The notes under the pieces: generated by a model
The model's database searches: none
The model's input: only the letters and a program-made list of their open reading frames with translations
What the model was told of the DNA's origin: nothing
Shown: positions 31,581 through 42,013 of the stretch, in pieces
How positions within the stretch are numbered: the stretch's first letter is position 1
How the letters are laid out: each line of letters begins with the position of its first letter
DNA from: a virus
Taxonomy: Duplodnaviria > Caudoviricetes
Length of the DNA: 64,000 nt
Reading direction: 5' to 3' (one strand)
Virus record (IMG/VR): IMGVR_UViG_3300035498_000530
Location: 158,732 to 222,731 of that record
Translations under genes and position numbers: made by a program

Positions 31581-34337
31581 ATGTATCCTAGTACGAGATT
31601 TTCAATTATAGATAACAGTGCTATAACTACTCCTACTATAACTGATACAAGCCTTTATCAGGTTTTGCAGATGATTGGCTTTAGTTCAGATCAGGGTCCA
31701 GAGAAGTATAACATTGTTTCAGGTAAAAATTTCTTTTCTCTTTATGGTAGCAATATTAGCTTTAAGAAGCATGGTCAGCCATTGCTTCAGGCTGCTATGG
31801 CAATTAATTCAGGTGCAAGACTCTATGCAAAGAGAATTGTAGCAGAAGATTCTGCACTTGCCAATATTGGTGTAGTTGCAGTTCTTGAAAAGAAAGGCGA
31901 TGTAATCACTCTTAGATATCAGAAAGCTGTTATTCCTGATGCTAAGGGTACAGAGTATGAAAACTATAAGAATCATGCTACACTTATTAAGAAAGCATTT
32001 AATACATCAGTAGCAAATGTACTTAATAATGGTAATGAGTTTGATGATGATTATTATGATGCTTGCATCGATAAGACAAATCATACACTCAAGGTTGATG
32101 GCCCTGTATACTTCCCACTTTTTGTAATTGCAGAAAATGGTAGAGGTATATCATACAAGTCAATTAAAATTATTCCAGATTTCTCTGGTTCTAAATATTA
32201 TACTTTCATTAAGTATCAGCTTGAGATTAAGAGAGACAATGAAACTCTTCAGACAGTAAACTTTGCTCTTGATCCTGATACTGTATATGATGGCACAAAC
32301 CTTTCAGTTGAAAATGCATTTAGATCATCTACTCAGCTTATTTGTAAGCAGAATGCAGATGTAATTAAGCAGTTTATTAATGCACTTTCAGCTATTCTTG
32401 ATATCGATGTAGATACACTTAATACATGTGATATTCTTACACTTAGAGATACTAGAAAGCAGTCTCTTAATTATAAGAAGGGTGCTAAAGGTAATACAGT
32501 TATATATGTTGATAATTCAAATTATTTAACATATAATTTCGATTCAGTAGGCAAAGCTACTAGCGATAAAACTATATCTGCAGCAGAATTTGATAAAACT
32601 GGTAGTAGCACTATTAAATTTGTAACTGGTTATAAATCTTCACATACTGTTGGTGCAGATTGTGAAAATGTAGTATCTGTTAAGATTACTAAGATTGCTG
32701 GTACTTCATATAGCAATGCTAAATATGCTGATACTACAGCTATTGAACTCGATGCTGCTGCTACTTCTGGTAATGTTGAAGAGTGGACAGCTAATTTGTC
32801 AGACTTTGATACTCTTGATGTTAGTTTGGCTATTACTACACAGGAATATCAGTATACTAAGACTATTACAGTAGAAGCTACTTCTGGTACTGTAAAGATT
32901 GATCTTGGTGAAATTGATAGTTGGGATGCTAATGATTGGTCACAGGGTACTATTCCTGAAGAAACAGAAGATACTGCTAGTACTATTAGTCTTCTTTCTG
33001 AAGAAGATACAGCAGCAACTACTAAGATCGTTACAGCATATAAAAATAATGATACTAATATCTATTATGTAATAAATGATGATGGTACAACTACAACTGC
33101 ATACAATGCAGATGGTACTAAGGCAGATTCAGCCGAAACAAAATCAGCAGATGATGTTACGGATGAATACTCATATACAAAATCTGAGTCATTTAGTATT
33201 ACAGTAGAAACAACAAGTGATACTGTATCAGATGTTACTGATAAGACTACTACTGAAGATAGTACTTCTGAAAGTACACCAACAACAGGTACAGGTACAG
33301 TAGAAATTATTGATGAGGATTCAGACACAACAGCAATTAAAGATCCCGAGTCAGTAGCTGATCATCTTAATATGTACGATAATTATACTATTACTGAGCA
33401 TATGAATCTTGGTGGTGGTAGTAATGGTACATTTGGTGATGCTCCTATAAATTCAAAAACATACGACGCAAGAATGGTTAAAGTATTTGATGGCTCATAC
33501 GATTCAGAAATCTATGATCTTGATAATATTAAGATCGATGTTATTGTTGATGCTAACTATTCTCATGGTAAAGAAATCCATGGTTCAACAGTAAGACTTA
33601 ACGATGTTAAGACAGCTATTCAGGAATTTGTACAGTTCCGTGAAGACTGTGTATATTTTGCTGATATGGGTACAGATGTTTATGATCTTGTTCAGGTTAA
33701 AGAAGAATATGCAAAGTTCATTCCAGATAAGTTCACAGCAATCTATCATAACAGCTATAATGTAAATGATCCATATACATATAAAGAAATCACAGTAACA
33801 ATTGGTTACCATATTGCTCAGCTTCTTTATAGCCATTTTGTAAATGGTTCTTCAAGACCTTTTGCTGGCCAGCTTTATGGTGTTACTCTTGATGGTGTTG
33901 TAGATGGTACTCTTAATTATATTCCAACAAAGCGTCCTAATGATATAGACGAAAAAGAAGAGTTGGATGATCTTAGAGTAAACTATGCATCATATTATGA
34001 TGGTATCCTTACTGTAGAGACTGAATATACTTCACAGACAAATTATACTCAGTTCTCATATATTAATAATATTATCCTTGTTCAGGATCTTATTAAGTCT
34101 ATTAGATCAAGATGTCCTAAGATTAGATATACATTTATCGATGGCGACGATCTTACATTCTATCAGCAGGAGATCCAGAAAGTTATTGATAATATTGCAC
34201 CTTCATTCCTTTCAATCTCATTTGAGTATGTAGAGGATGAAACATATGCACAGAACAAAATATTCTATGGTGCTATTGAAGTTAAGTTCAGAAACTTCGT
34301 TCAGAGCGAGTACTTCAAAGTAACTGCCATAGGTTAA
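31581..34337 (+). CDS. Tail sheath protein with a large central insertion
   Basis: N-terminal MYP...FSSDQGPE...YGS...SGARLYAKRIV. C-terminal LGGGSNG, DANY, REDC and LDDLRVNY. Followed by a tube-sized gene. Confidence 0.85.
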   Translation: MYPSTRFSIIDNSAITTPTITDTSLYQVLQMIGFSSDQGPEKYNIVSGKNFFSLYGSNISFKKHGQPLLQAAMAINSGARLYAKRIVAEDSALANIGVVAVLEKKGDVITLRYQKAVIPDAKGTEYENYKNHATLIKKAFNTSVANVLNNGNEFDDDYYDACIDKTNHTLKVDGPVYFPLFVIAENGRGISYKSIKIIPDFSGSKYYTFIKYQLEIKRDNETLQTVNFALDPDTVYDGTNLSVENAFRSSTQLICKQNADVIKQFINALSAILDIDVDTLNTCDILTLRDTRKQSLNYKKGAKGNTVIYVDNSNYLTYNFDSVGKATSDKTISAAEFDKTGSSTIKFVTGYKSSHTVGADCENVVSVKITKIAGTSYSNAKYADTTAIELDAAATSGNVEEWTANLSDFDTLDVSLAITTQEYQYTKTITVEATSGTVKIDLGEIDSWDANDWSQGTIPEETEDTASTISLLSEEDTAATTKIVTAYKNNDTNIYYVINDDGTTTTAYNADGTKADSAETKSADDVTDEYSYTKSESFSITVETTSDTVSDVTDKTTTEDSTSESTPTTGTGTVEIIDEDSDTTAIKDPESVADHLNMYDNYTITEHMNLGGGSNGTFGDAPINSKTYDARMVKVFDGSYDSEIYDLDNIKIDVIVDANYSHGKEIHGSTVRLNDVKTAIQEFVQFREDCVYFADMGTDVYDLVQVKEEYAKFIPDKFTAIYHNSYNVNDPYTYKEITVTIGYHIAQLLYSHFVNGSSRPFAGQLYGVTLDGVVDGTLNYIPTKRPNDIDEKEELDDLRVNYASYYDGILTVETEYTSQTNYTQFSYINNIILVQDLIKSIRSRCPKIRYTFIDGDDLTFYQQEIQKVIDNIAPSFLSISFEYVEDETYAQNKIFYGAIEVKFRNFVQSEYFKVTAIG

Positions 34338-34359
34338 TAAGTTATGGAGGTGAAAAATA

Positions 34360-35355
34360 ATGGCAACTACATCAAATGTTAATAATATATATGCATATCT
34401 TAAGAGCCCTAAATCTCTTGAAAAATATACACTTGCTAGAGGTGTATCTGATTTCTCTGAGATGGCTCAGTGGAATAGATATGAAAAAGGTTACTACTTC
34501 TTAACAGTAGTAGATATTCCATTATTCCTCAAGAGACTTGCTCAGAATAATGCTGAATATGCTGGCCTTATAAATACTTATGTTCATATCCTTGAATATG
34601 AATTCAGAGGATTATCAGGTCTTGAAGATATGACTGGCGAAACTGCAGAAATCAGTGACGGTATCTCAACTGTTAATATGATTAATAAAGTTACAATGCA
34701 GTCAGCTTCAACATTCTCAATGAACTATAATGAAAGATCTGGTTCTGTCCTTACAAGAGTTAATGAACTCTTCCTTAGAGGTGTAAAAGATCCAAGAACT
34801 CAGATTAAGCATTATGATGGTCTTATTGATGCTGGTCTTATATCTCATGATGAAATTGGTTTTGAATCTGAAGTATTCAAATTCCTTTATTTCACAACAG
34901 ATAATACAGCTCTTCATATTGAAAAAGCTTATTACATTGTAGCAGCTCAGCCTACAAAGGCAGAACTTTCAATGTATAGTGGCGAAAAGGGTACATATGA
35001 ATATCCAGAACTTTCAATGGAATTCTCAGGTTATCCAATTACTGGTCCTAAGGTAGACTTTGTAGCTCAGAGTATTCTTAACCATATTACAAGTAGTAGT
35101 GCTGGTAACTATAGATTCCATAAAGATTCTTCTGGTGCTGATATTTCTGGAGATACATCATATGGATTCCAGTATGATGGAGTTACTAATGATAATAATA
35201 CCGGTCTTGCAGATGGTGGTAACTGGACATACCAAACTTCTAATGATGCTAGTAAATCTGCGGCTAGTAGATGGAATTTTTCAAATTCTGCTAGTAAGGT
35301 ATCAACAGATAGTAGTAATACAAGTCATATATCTAATTTCTCAGGAAATACATGA
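34360..35355 (+). CDS. Tail tube protein
   Basis: Directly after the sheath gene. Tube-like pattern FSMNYNERSGS...AYYIVAAQPT...ELSMEFSG. Confidence 0.7.
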   Translation: MATTSNVNNIYAYLKSPKSLEKYTLARGVSDFSEMAQWNRYEKGYYFLTVVDIPLFLKRLAQNNAEYAGLINTYVHILEYEFRGLSGLEDMTGETAEISDGISTVNMINKVTMQSASTFSMNYNERSGSVLTRVNELFLRGVKDPRTQIKHYDGLIDAGLISHDEIGFESEVFKFLYFTTDNTALHIEKAYYIVAAQPTKAELSMYSGEKGTYEYPELSMEFSGYPITGPKVDFVAQSILNHITSSSAGNYRFHKDSSGADISGDTSYGFQYDGVTNDNNTGLADGGNWTYQTSNDASKSAASRWNFSNSASKVSTDSSNTSHISNFSGNT

Positions 35356-35410
35356 TAATAAATTTATAAAAATAATCCCAGATAGGTATAAACCTATCTG
35401 GGTTTTTATT

Positions 35411-37669
35411 TTATTCTTCTGGTTCTTCCTCTTCAGGAGCCTTTTCTACAGCTGCAATATGCTGTGCTCTTATTTTTAATTCATTTACTATATTAAGATC
35501 TATATAGCTACTCAGATAATGTTCTTGCATAAGTTTAGTGAATACATTTTTAACTGTTTCATCTTCCTCATCTATCATTTCCATTTCTACAATAGTATTT
35601 GCAAAGTCTCTTGCATTTGTTACTATCTGGTTTGTATTGGTGATATTCAAAAACATTGGAGGAGGTAATATAACCTCAAGAATCTGATCATCTTCAAATT
35701 CTGCATTATATATCTTTGTAAATACTTCACTCAATATATGATTGAATCTAGACTGTCTATTATAGACATGTCTTAAGAATTTACCATTTGTCATTACAAC
35801 CTGAACTGCGTAGTCTGCTGTCTGTCTAGAATTAACTACTTCTATTGGAACATCAGTACTATTTACAGCAGCAGTTTCAAGAATTTCCAATAATTCCTGC
35901 TTAGGATCTATCTGTTGACCTGGCATTACTTCAAATTCTATAGCAGTATTTCCGTTCGCAGATCTAGGTATAATTAAATCATTATATCTACCTGAAATAT
36001 TCAATATATTATTCAGGTTATCAATTTGTCTAACGCCAAAGTTAGACTTTTTAATTTGATTTATTACATTAAGAAGAGATTTAGCTATATTAGTTTCAAC
36101 AGATTGATTTACGTAATATACTCTCTTATCAAATCCTCTAGTAAGAATACCAAGTACATAAGTTATATATAAACTACAGTACAATTTTGCTGGTATCAAA
36201 CCTTTATGAAGATCTGATAATCCTCTATGAGTTTTCTCATCTTTCTTGAAGTATGAATGAACCATATCTTCAGGTGGAATGAATGATACTCTAACACTAT
36301 CTACATTATTAGAATACAAATCGTTATACTTAAGAATCATATAGATTTCTTTTCTAAGATCTTGATTACTATTGATAAAGTTAGCGTCTATCTGTTGAGA
36401 AATCTGACCAGCAAGAAACTTAATTGTATTATCTTGAGCTTCTTTTTTATTTTGTTGCTGTAGGTTTCTATTAGCAGCTGTAGTATATACAGCAGGAGAT
36501 ATAAGCTTATTATCAAACTCCATTGGATTCTTATTGAATACTTCTATATAATAATATCCAAGGCAAAGATCTTCAATATATATAGGAATAACTCTAGCTC
36601 TATCAAGTATCTTTACAACACATCCAGGAACTTTAAGTTCTTTCTTAGATTTAGATGATTTCTCATTTCCTATGATAAGACCATCCTGAGAGTTTCCATC
36701 GTATTCAAATGACAGATCATCTCTAACTGTTTTATCCAAAGGTTTCTTTAATTTGTGTTGCCCTATAGTGGTTTCATCTTCAAGAGATTCATTAAGAGCT
36801 GATTCTGATATTACTTTTCTCTTTTCAGATACTATATTATAATTAGATATAATAGATTCTATCATAGAACTCTGATCGAACTCTAACTTAATATCTTTAA
36901 TACCAGATTCTTTTAATGTTTCTAATGTAATCTCTCCATTAAGTTGCATCTTTTCTACACCAGATTCTGTTATAATTGTTCCTTCAGAGCAATTCAAGTT
37001 AGTAGACTGCATTGTAGAAATAGATTTATTCCTAAGAAGTTTAGCCATAGCTTTCTTATAAGGAACAATATATACAAAAGCCTCACCATATTTAGCTGTT
37101 CTATCATACAATCTATCTGTAAACTCAGCAGCATCATATGTAGACTTCATAAGATTTATATTATCGGCATAGTTTTCTTGTTTCTCAAGACCTTTAACTT
37201 GGATATTATTAATATAATCATTACTGAAGTGATCGGAAGAAAGAACATTGTCTTTCTTTGTACTTAATGCCTCTAATAACTTAGGCATATACTTACAAAC
37301 TGTATCTATTTCTTGGTCCAAATCAGTAAGATATTTATTTTCTGTATAAGAAGATAATAATCCGTCCATAAGAGACTTATCTTCAAATAGCTCTTCTATT
37401 TTTCTTTTAGTTTCAGAATCTCCTGTAACAGTATTAATTCTAGAATACAATCTTGATATATTCGGAACTCCTGTATTGTTCATACTATTATTCAGTATAG
37501 TAGATAAAGAGTCATCTATCTTTCCTACTATATTATTCAAATCTCTCGAATTAGGAGTTGAAGTAAAATATGTATTAGATGATATTCTATCCATAAAACT
37601 TTGCAGAGAATCCATCAATTTATTTATTTTCTTTGATGATCGCTGTTCTTCTTTTTTAGTTTGAGCCAT
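35411..37669 (-). CDS. Portal protein
   Basis: KYGEAFVYI; LTRGFDKRVYYV (T4 gp20-like R..RR.FY); DLIIPR; EVMPGQ; STDVP. Late promoter at 37700-37711. Confidence 0.85.
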   Translation of the reverse strand: MAQTKKEEQRSSKKINKLMDSLQSFMDRISSNTYFTSTPNSRDLNNIVGKIDDSLSTILNNSMNNTGVPNISRLYSRINTVTGDSETKRKIEELFEDKSLMDGLLSSYTENKYLTDLDQEIDTVCKYMPKLLEALSTKKDNVLSSDHFSNDYINNIQVKGLEKQENYADNINLMKSTYDAAEFTDRLYDRTAKYGEAFVYIVPYKKAMAKLLRNKSISTMQSTNLNCSEGTIITESGVEKMQLNGEITLETLKESGIKDIKLEFDQSSMIESIISNYNIVSEKRKVISESALNESLEDETTIGQHKLKKPLDKTVRDDLSFEYDGNSQDGLIIGNEKSSKSKKELKVPGCVVKILDRARVIPIYIEDLCLGYYYIEVFNKNPMEFDNKLISPAVYTTAANRNLQQQNKKEAQDNTIKFLAGQISQQIDANFINSNQDLRKEIYMILKYNDLYSNNVDSVRVSFIPPEDMVHSYFKKDEKTHRGLSDLHKGLIPAKLYCSLYITYVLGILTRGFDKRVYYVNQSVETNIAKSLLNVINQIKKSNFGVRQIDNLNNILNISGRYNDLIIPRSANGNTAIEFEVMPGQQIDPKQELLEILETAAVNSTDVPIEVVNSRQTADYAVQVVMTNGKFLRHVYNRQSRFNHILSEVFTKIYNAEFEDDQILEVILPPPMFLNITNTNQIVTNARDFANTIVEMEMIDEEDETVKNVFTKLMQEHYLSSYIDLNIVNELKIRAQHIAAVEKAPEEEEPEE

Positions 37670-37767
37670 CGTACATTAACCCTCCTTAAGTTTGTCTTAT
37701 ATTTATATGTTTTCTTGCTATTATATTTGTAAAAGTAGATATTACTGATTGTATATTATAATTATGA

Positions 37768-37787
37768 ATAAGATACATGTATCTTAT
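37768..37787. promoter_or_regulatory. Perfect 20-bp palindrome ATAAGATACATGTATCTTAT (copy 1)
   Basis: Lies between two early motifs (37751-37759 and 37805-37813); identical copy at 63979-63998. Confidence 0.7.
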
Positions 37788-37836
37788 AGTAACGTCATAA
37801 CAAAATATATTATAAAATAAACTGGAGGTAATAATT

Positions 37837-38256
37837 ATGACAACAGAACAAGAAAGATTTGAAACAATCAAACGAAGTTCATATTTGTATTCTGCAATAT
37901 TAGCAAGTATGGAAAACAATGGTAAAGAGGATGGCATAACAGAAGATGCTGCAATGAATACATTCGGTACAGGGTTAATAATAGATTGTCTTTCAGCTCT
38001 TAAAGTGGACAACTATATTGATTGGGATCCATTCAAGAAAGCAAAATTTATGAATTCAGCTATAAAAATAATGGAGTATTTAATCAAACTCTATCGTAGC
38101 AACAATTCTAAATCAAGAGTAGTTGATTTGTATTATGAATGCAGAACTGCATATAATGTAGCATTAATATATGGTCTTACACAAGACCAATATTTTAACT
38201 ACATTGTAGAATATGTATGCAATACAATGAGACTTTTAGGAGGAATGGATGAATAA
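37837..38256 (+). CDS. Hypothetical early protein
   Basis: GGAGG RBS; ATATATTAT at 37805-37813. Confidence 0.7.
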   Translation: MTTEQERFETIKRSSYLYSAILASMENNGKEDGITEDAAMNTFGTGLIIDCLSALKVDNYIDWDPFKKAKFMNSAIKIMEYLIKLYRSNNSKSRVVDLYYECRTAYNVALIYGLTQDQYFNYIVEYVCNTMRLLGGMDE

Positions 38257-38357
38257 GTCATTGCAGAAGCAAAAAATAAAGAGGACTGACATTTTAGTCA
38301 GTCCTCTAAGTTTTTGCTCTATAGAAGTATTTTATTTTTAGGAACATAGTAAATATC

Positions 38358-38930
38358 CTAGATATATAGATACTTATAATATGATGTAACACACATATTT
38401 TTCTTTTTTGTAATAGTATACTTTACTATGAATGTGCCATTATCTGAATCTAATATTTGTAATGAAAGTTTATCAGACTTTGCTAATGGAACCATTCCTT
38501 TGAATATATAAAATCTATGATTATCTATTACTACAAGAACAGCACCATCCTTAGACTTTATATTAAAATACATATCACTAAATATCTGTGTATCGCTCAC
38601 ATTAATAATATTTACATAGTTGCCAAATATGCACTGATTATACATATTAATTAGCATATTCTTATTTAATACTATATTTGGCAAAAACATAATATCTTCT
38701 ACAGTATAATATTCCATATTCATATCTGATAATGCCTTAATATATGATAATGAGTTATATAATTCTTTATCATATATAGTAGTTTCTATTACTCTAATAT
38801 GAGTAAAGTTCTCATCTGTTCCTATCAGGATTCCAGATGGTATTAAATAGAAATATTCTGTTTTAAGTATTTTTACATACTCAATTAATTCATCGAGTGT
38901 ACTCTTACTCATTTCTTTATAATTATTCAT
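38358..38930 (-). CDS. Hypothetical protein coupled to DNA polymerase, possibly a sliding-clamp-like fold
   Basis: Overlaps the polymerase stop codon. N-terminal helix/strand pattern is reminiscent of PCNA/gp45; function is speculative. Confidence 0.5.
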   Translation of the reverse strand: MNNYKEMSKSTLDELIEYVKILKTEYFYLIPSGILIGTDENFTHIRVIETTIYDKELYNSLSYIKALSDMNMEYYTVEDIMFLPNIVLNKNMLINMYNQCIFGNYVNIINVSDTQIFSDMYFNIKSKDGAVLVVIDNHRFYIFKGMVPLAKSDKLSLQILDSDNGTFIVKYTITKKKNMCVTSYYKYLYI

Positions 38931-40905
38931 TTTTGAATTTCTCCTTCATCTCAGCTGTCACAGTATGGTCGAATACAATAGGGTTTATTAATTCTCCGTC
39001 TTTAAAAGTCTTAATTGGATTAACTTTATTTGTAAATATAATTCCAGGATTTGTTCCTTTAGTTCTATCTACATATCCATTATATAATACTTGCCAATTA
39101 TATTCTTTAAGATCATCTATCAGTTCACTAAATGATGCTAAAGCTAACCATCTAGAACAGAACTCTAAATAACATCCTGACTGATAATCTTCTATAAACT
39201 GTCCGCCTCTATTATACCTATCTCTATTAAATCTATTATCCAAATCATGCACAGGATTATCTATTAATATCTTTCCTATCTGTGTATTAGGAGCCATATT
39301 ATTTTCCTGTATAACACTCGGATATAGTCTTGTAAAGTCAAAGTCTACAAGATTATCATATACACTTACTGGAGTATCATTAATTCTAAGCTTAGAATAA
39401 TCTGTAATCTTTAATGGGTCTGCTACATAAGCTCCAGGGAATTTCTCATCTGGTTTCTTATTATACTTATTAGCATTATTTCCTATTATATATCCAAATC
39501 TATCAAACTCTATTGTTCCTCTATTTGTAAGATATACAGTCTGACGATGTATCTTTGAATATGGTGTATTATTCTCTAAAGATTTTGCAAAGATATAATC
39601 TATATCATTAGACTTATACTCTATTGAAAGCTGTACTATAACGTCCATGATATTATAGAATACATATGTCTTATAACTCTTATAAGACAATTCTGTAATA
39701 CTACTACATATATCATGATAATCCAACTTATTAACACCTGCTACTATTTCTCCTATAGTATCCAATTTATAATTTGGAAACTTAGATTGTCCTTTACGTC
39801 TTGAAGCAAATTGTATCATCTGGTCTACATATACTGTATATGATGATACATCAAATCTATCATTTCTTTCTTCAATCTCCTTACGTTTCTGAGTTGCTCT
39901 ATCAATATCATCTACAAAGTAATAACACTTCTTTTCTTTGAAATCCTCTGAACAAATTGTATTTACAACTTCTTCTTCTGGCATCTGACTTATATTACTA
40001 AGTCTACAAATTATATATGGAATATCGAATGCCATATTCCATGCCATTGCAAAGTCAGGTTTATAATAATTCATAATTACAAAGAAATCTTTTATTAACT
40101 TAATTTCATCCTCTTCATCATAAAATATCATATACAATTCAGGAACCATATTATCTCTAATATATCCTACTCTAGTAGCCTGTTTCCATCCACCAACTGC
40201 ATCTATAGCAAAATCATGGAATTCCTTTGTTAATTCTCCACTTGCATATTCTTTTTCAAGTTGCGCTATCTGTTCAATATTTTCTTTATCTCTTAATAAG
40301 AAAGTAAATATCTTTCTCTCTTTCTCAAGAATAAGAGTTATAGCATCTATGGGACATTCACCTGGTTCTGGGAAATCTCCAGCCATATGCTTAGTTCTAA
40401 CCTCAATATCAAAATATGCTTTTGATAATGCATATGGTGCATTTGTATATGTCTTTGAGAACTGCATTCTATAATAATCTTCTATATCCATATCAGAGTT
40501 CAATATCTCTTTTATAAGATGAAGTTTATTATTCTCTTTTCTATTACCAGTCTTTATATTATCATAAAACCAATCTAAGTTACCTGTATTTTCTGCTATA
40601 GATTTTAATACATCTTTATACTTAGTCGTTATTGGTTCTACATCTTCCTTCTTTACACAAAATAAATTATTGGATACATTTACTCCGTCCTTAAGTTTAT
40701 AATAAGTATATTCTGGATTCTCTATTTGATCAACTAATTTCTCTCCTGTTGTATTATCTCTGGCTACGACCGTTAATAAATCTGGTCCATATTTCTTTTT
40801 AATATTTCCGCTAGAATCATAACTAGCATTTATCAGCGTAGGTCGCTGATACATAGTTGATAATATTGTTAAATCTGATCCTTCCGGATAATTTTTAAAT
40901 AGCAT
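38923..40905 (-). CDS. Split family-B DNA polymerase, N-terminal part (3'-5' exonuclease plus motif A)
   Basis: FDIEV (ExoI), WNMAFDIPYI (ExoII), YNIMDV (ExoIII), FPGAYV, DFTRLYPSVI (motif A). Confidence 0.92.
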   Translation of the reverse strand: MLFKNYPEGSDLTILSTMYQRPTLINASYDSSGNIKKKYGPDLLTVVARDNTTGEKLVDQIENPEYTYYKLKDGVNVSNNLFCVKKEDVEPITTKYKDVLKSIAENTGNLDWFYDNIKTGNRKENNKLHLIKEILNSDMDIEDYYRMQFSKTYTNAPYALSKAYFDIEVRTKHMAGDFPEPGECPIDAITLILEKERKIFTFLLRDKENIEQIAQLEKEYASGELTKEFHDFAIDAVGGWKQATRVGYIRDNMVPELYMIFYDEEDEIKLIKDFFVIMNYYKPDFAMAWNMAFDIPYIICRLSNISQMPEEEVVNTICSEDFKEKKCYYFVDDIDRATQKRKEIEERNDRFDVSSYTVYVDQMIQFASRRKGQSKFPNYKLDTIGEIVAGVNKLDYHDICSSITELSYKSYKTYVFYNIMDVIVQLSIEYKSNDIDYIFAKSLENNTPYSKIHRQTVYLTNRGTIEFDRFGYIIGNNANKYNKKPDEKFPGAYVADPLKITDYSKLRINDTPVSVYDNLVDFDFTRLYPSVIQENNMAPNTQIGKILIDNPVHDLDNRFNRDRYNRGGQFIEDYQSGCYLEFCSRWLALASFSELIDDLKEYNWQVLYNGYVDRTKGTNPGIIFTNKVNPIKTFKDGELINPIVFDHTVTAEMKEKFKNE

Positions 40906-41006
40906 TGTTATCTTCCTCCTTTGGGTATTAATTTAAAGTTTCTAAATTTGTAATTTTGTATACTTGAAACATTCAAGTAAAGTATATTTAAGGAGAGTGA
41001 ATCCAA

Positions 41007-41912
41007 ATGGGATATTTTTCTAATCTATTTGAGACACGAGATGAAAGACGTGTAGCAGAAGTAGATAATGTTGAAATTGTAGATGCAGCTCCACCTAAAA
41101 AGAAACGTGGTAGACCTGCTGGTAGTAAGAATAAAACTGATAATGATAATGAAGGATATACAGAAACAAGTCAGAATAGTTTGACTATGCTGCAATCCAA
41201 TACACCATATGAATCTTCATATGAATCTACTAATAATGCACTCAAAACTGCAGTTGTTCAGTTAGATTATTTGAACAATGAAGTTATGGAACAGATAAAA
41301 TATATAAAAGATTCTAAGACACTTAAGAAAAAGTATGATTATATCTCTAATCTTTCTGAAGTGTCCAGTGGTATTATAAGTAGTAAGATATCTGCTCTTA
41401 GAGAACTTAATAGCACAATTACAAAATGTCATGATCTTGAACTTAAGCGTGCTAAAGATATGAAAATATCTATGGATACTAAGAGTGATGATGAAAGACT
41501 TATGGATATGTATAATGCATACATATCTGCTCCTATGGGACAAACATATAACTTTATTCCACCGCAGTTGGAGCTTGTTCAAGCTAATCCTAATGGAATA
41601 AATAGAATGATTGTCGATGAAGGAACCATGTATGATCAGTACCAAGCAAACAAAACTCCAGAGCAGAATCTTATGTTGCTTGCTGATGATCCTAATATTA
41701 AAACGGTAGTCGTATATGACCAAGGAACTGGTCAAAGAAGATTTGATGTTGTAGATATGAGAAATGGTCAAAGTGTTCCTAATATGCCACTCCCCGATCC
41801 AGCATTCTTGGATGATACAACAATCAATCTTAAGACAGGTACTGCAAGAAACAGTAATATAAATATGAACTATCCACTTATTGTAACTGGTTCGGATCTT
41901 AGTAAATTTTAA
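41007..41912 (+). CDS. Late protein with an AT-hook-like motif and coiled coil
   Basis: PPKKKRGRPAGSKNK at residues 29-43; late promoter AACA-TTCAAG-TA at 40968-40979. Confidence 0.65.
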   Translation: MGYFSNLFETRDERRVAEVDNVEIVDAAPPKKKRGRPAGSKNKTDNDNEGYTETSQNSLTMLQSNTPYESSYESTNNALKTAVVQLDYLNNEVMEQIKYIKDSKTLKKKYDYISNLSEVSSGIISSKISALRELNSTITKCHDLELKRAKDMKISMDTKSDDERLMDMYNAYISAPMGQTYNFIPPQLELVQANPNGINRMIVDEGTMYDQYQANKTPEQNLMLLADDPNIKTVVVYDQGTGQRRFDVVDMRNGQSVPNMPLPDPAFLDDTTINLKTGTARNSNINMNYPLIVTGSDLSKF

Positions 41913-41929
41913 TAAGTTAACATATAATT

Positions 41930-42010
41930 GAGTGATATATTTCATAGCCTGACGACGCCTATCGTCGAAAAGAACACCGCCCTATAGAACCCAATCTATA
42001 GGGTATTTTT
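41930..42010 (+). ncRNA. Candidate late small RNA (~80 nt)
   Basis: Promoter AACA-TATAAT-TG (41919-41930), hairpin GACGA/TCGTC, terminator CCCTATAGA/TCTATAGGG plus T-tract. No RBS-led ORF. Confidence 0.4.
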
Positions 42011-42013
42011 ATC

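Noticed and set aside
38339-38352. 14-bp TAGGAACATAGTAA shared with 63943-63956
   Set aside because: A match of this length can arise by chance in 64 kb of AT-rich DNA, and its orientation relative to the palindrome element is inconsistent.
41262-41945. 227-aa minus-strand ORF
   Set aside because: Antisense to the well-supported 41007 gene; no RBS; atypical composition.
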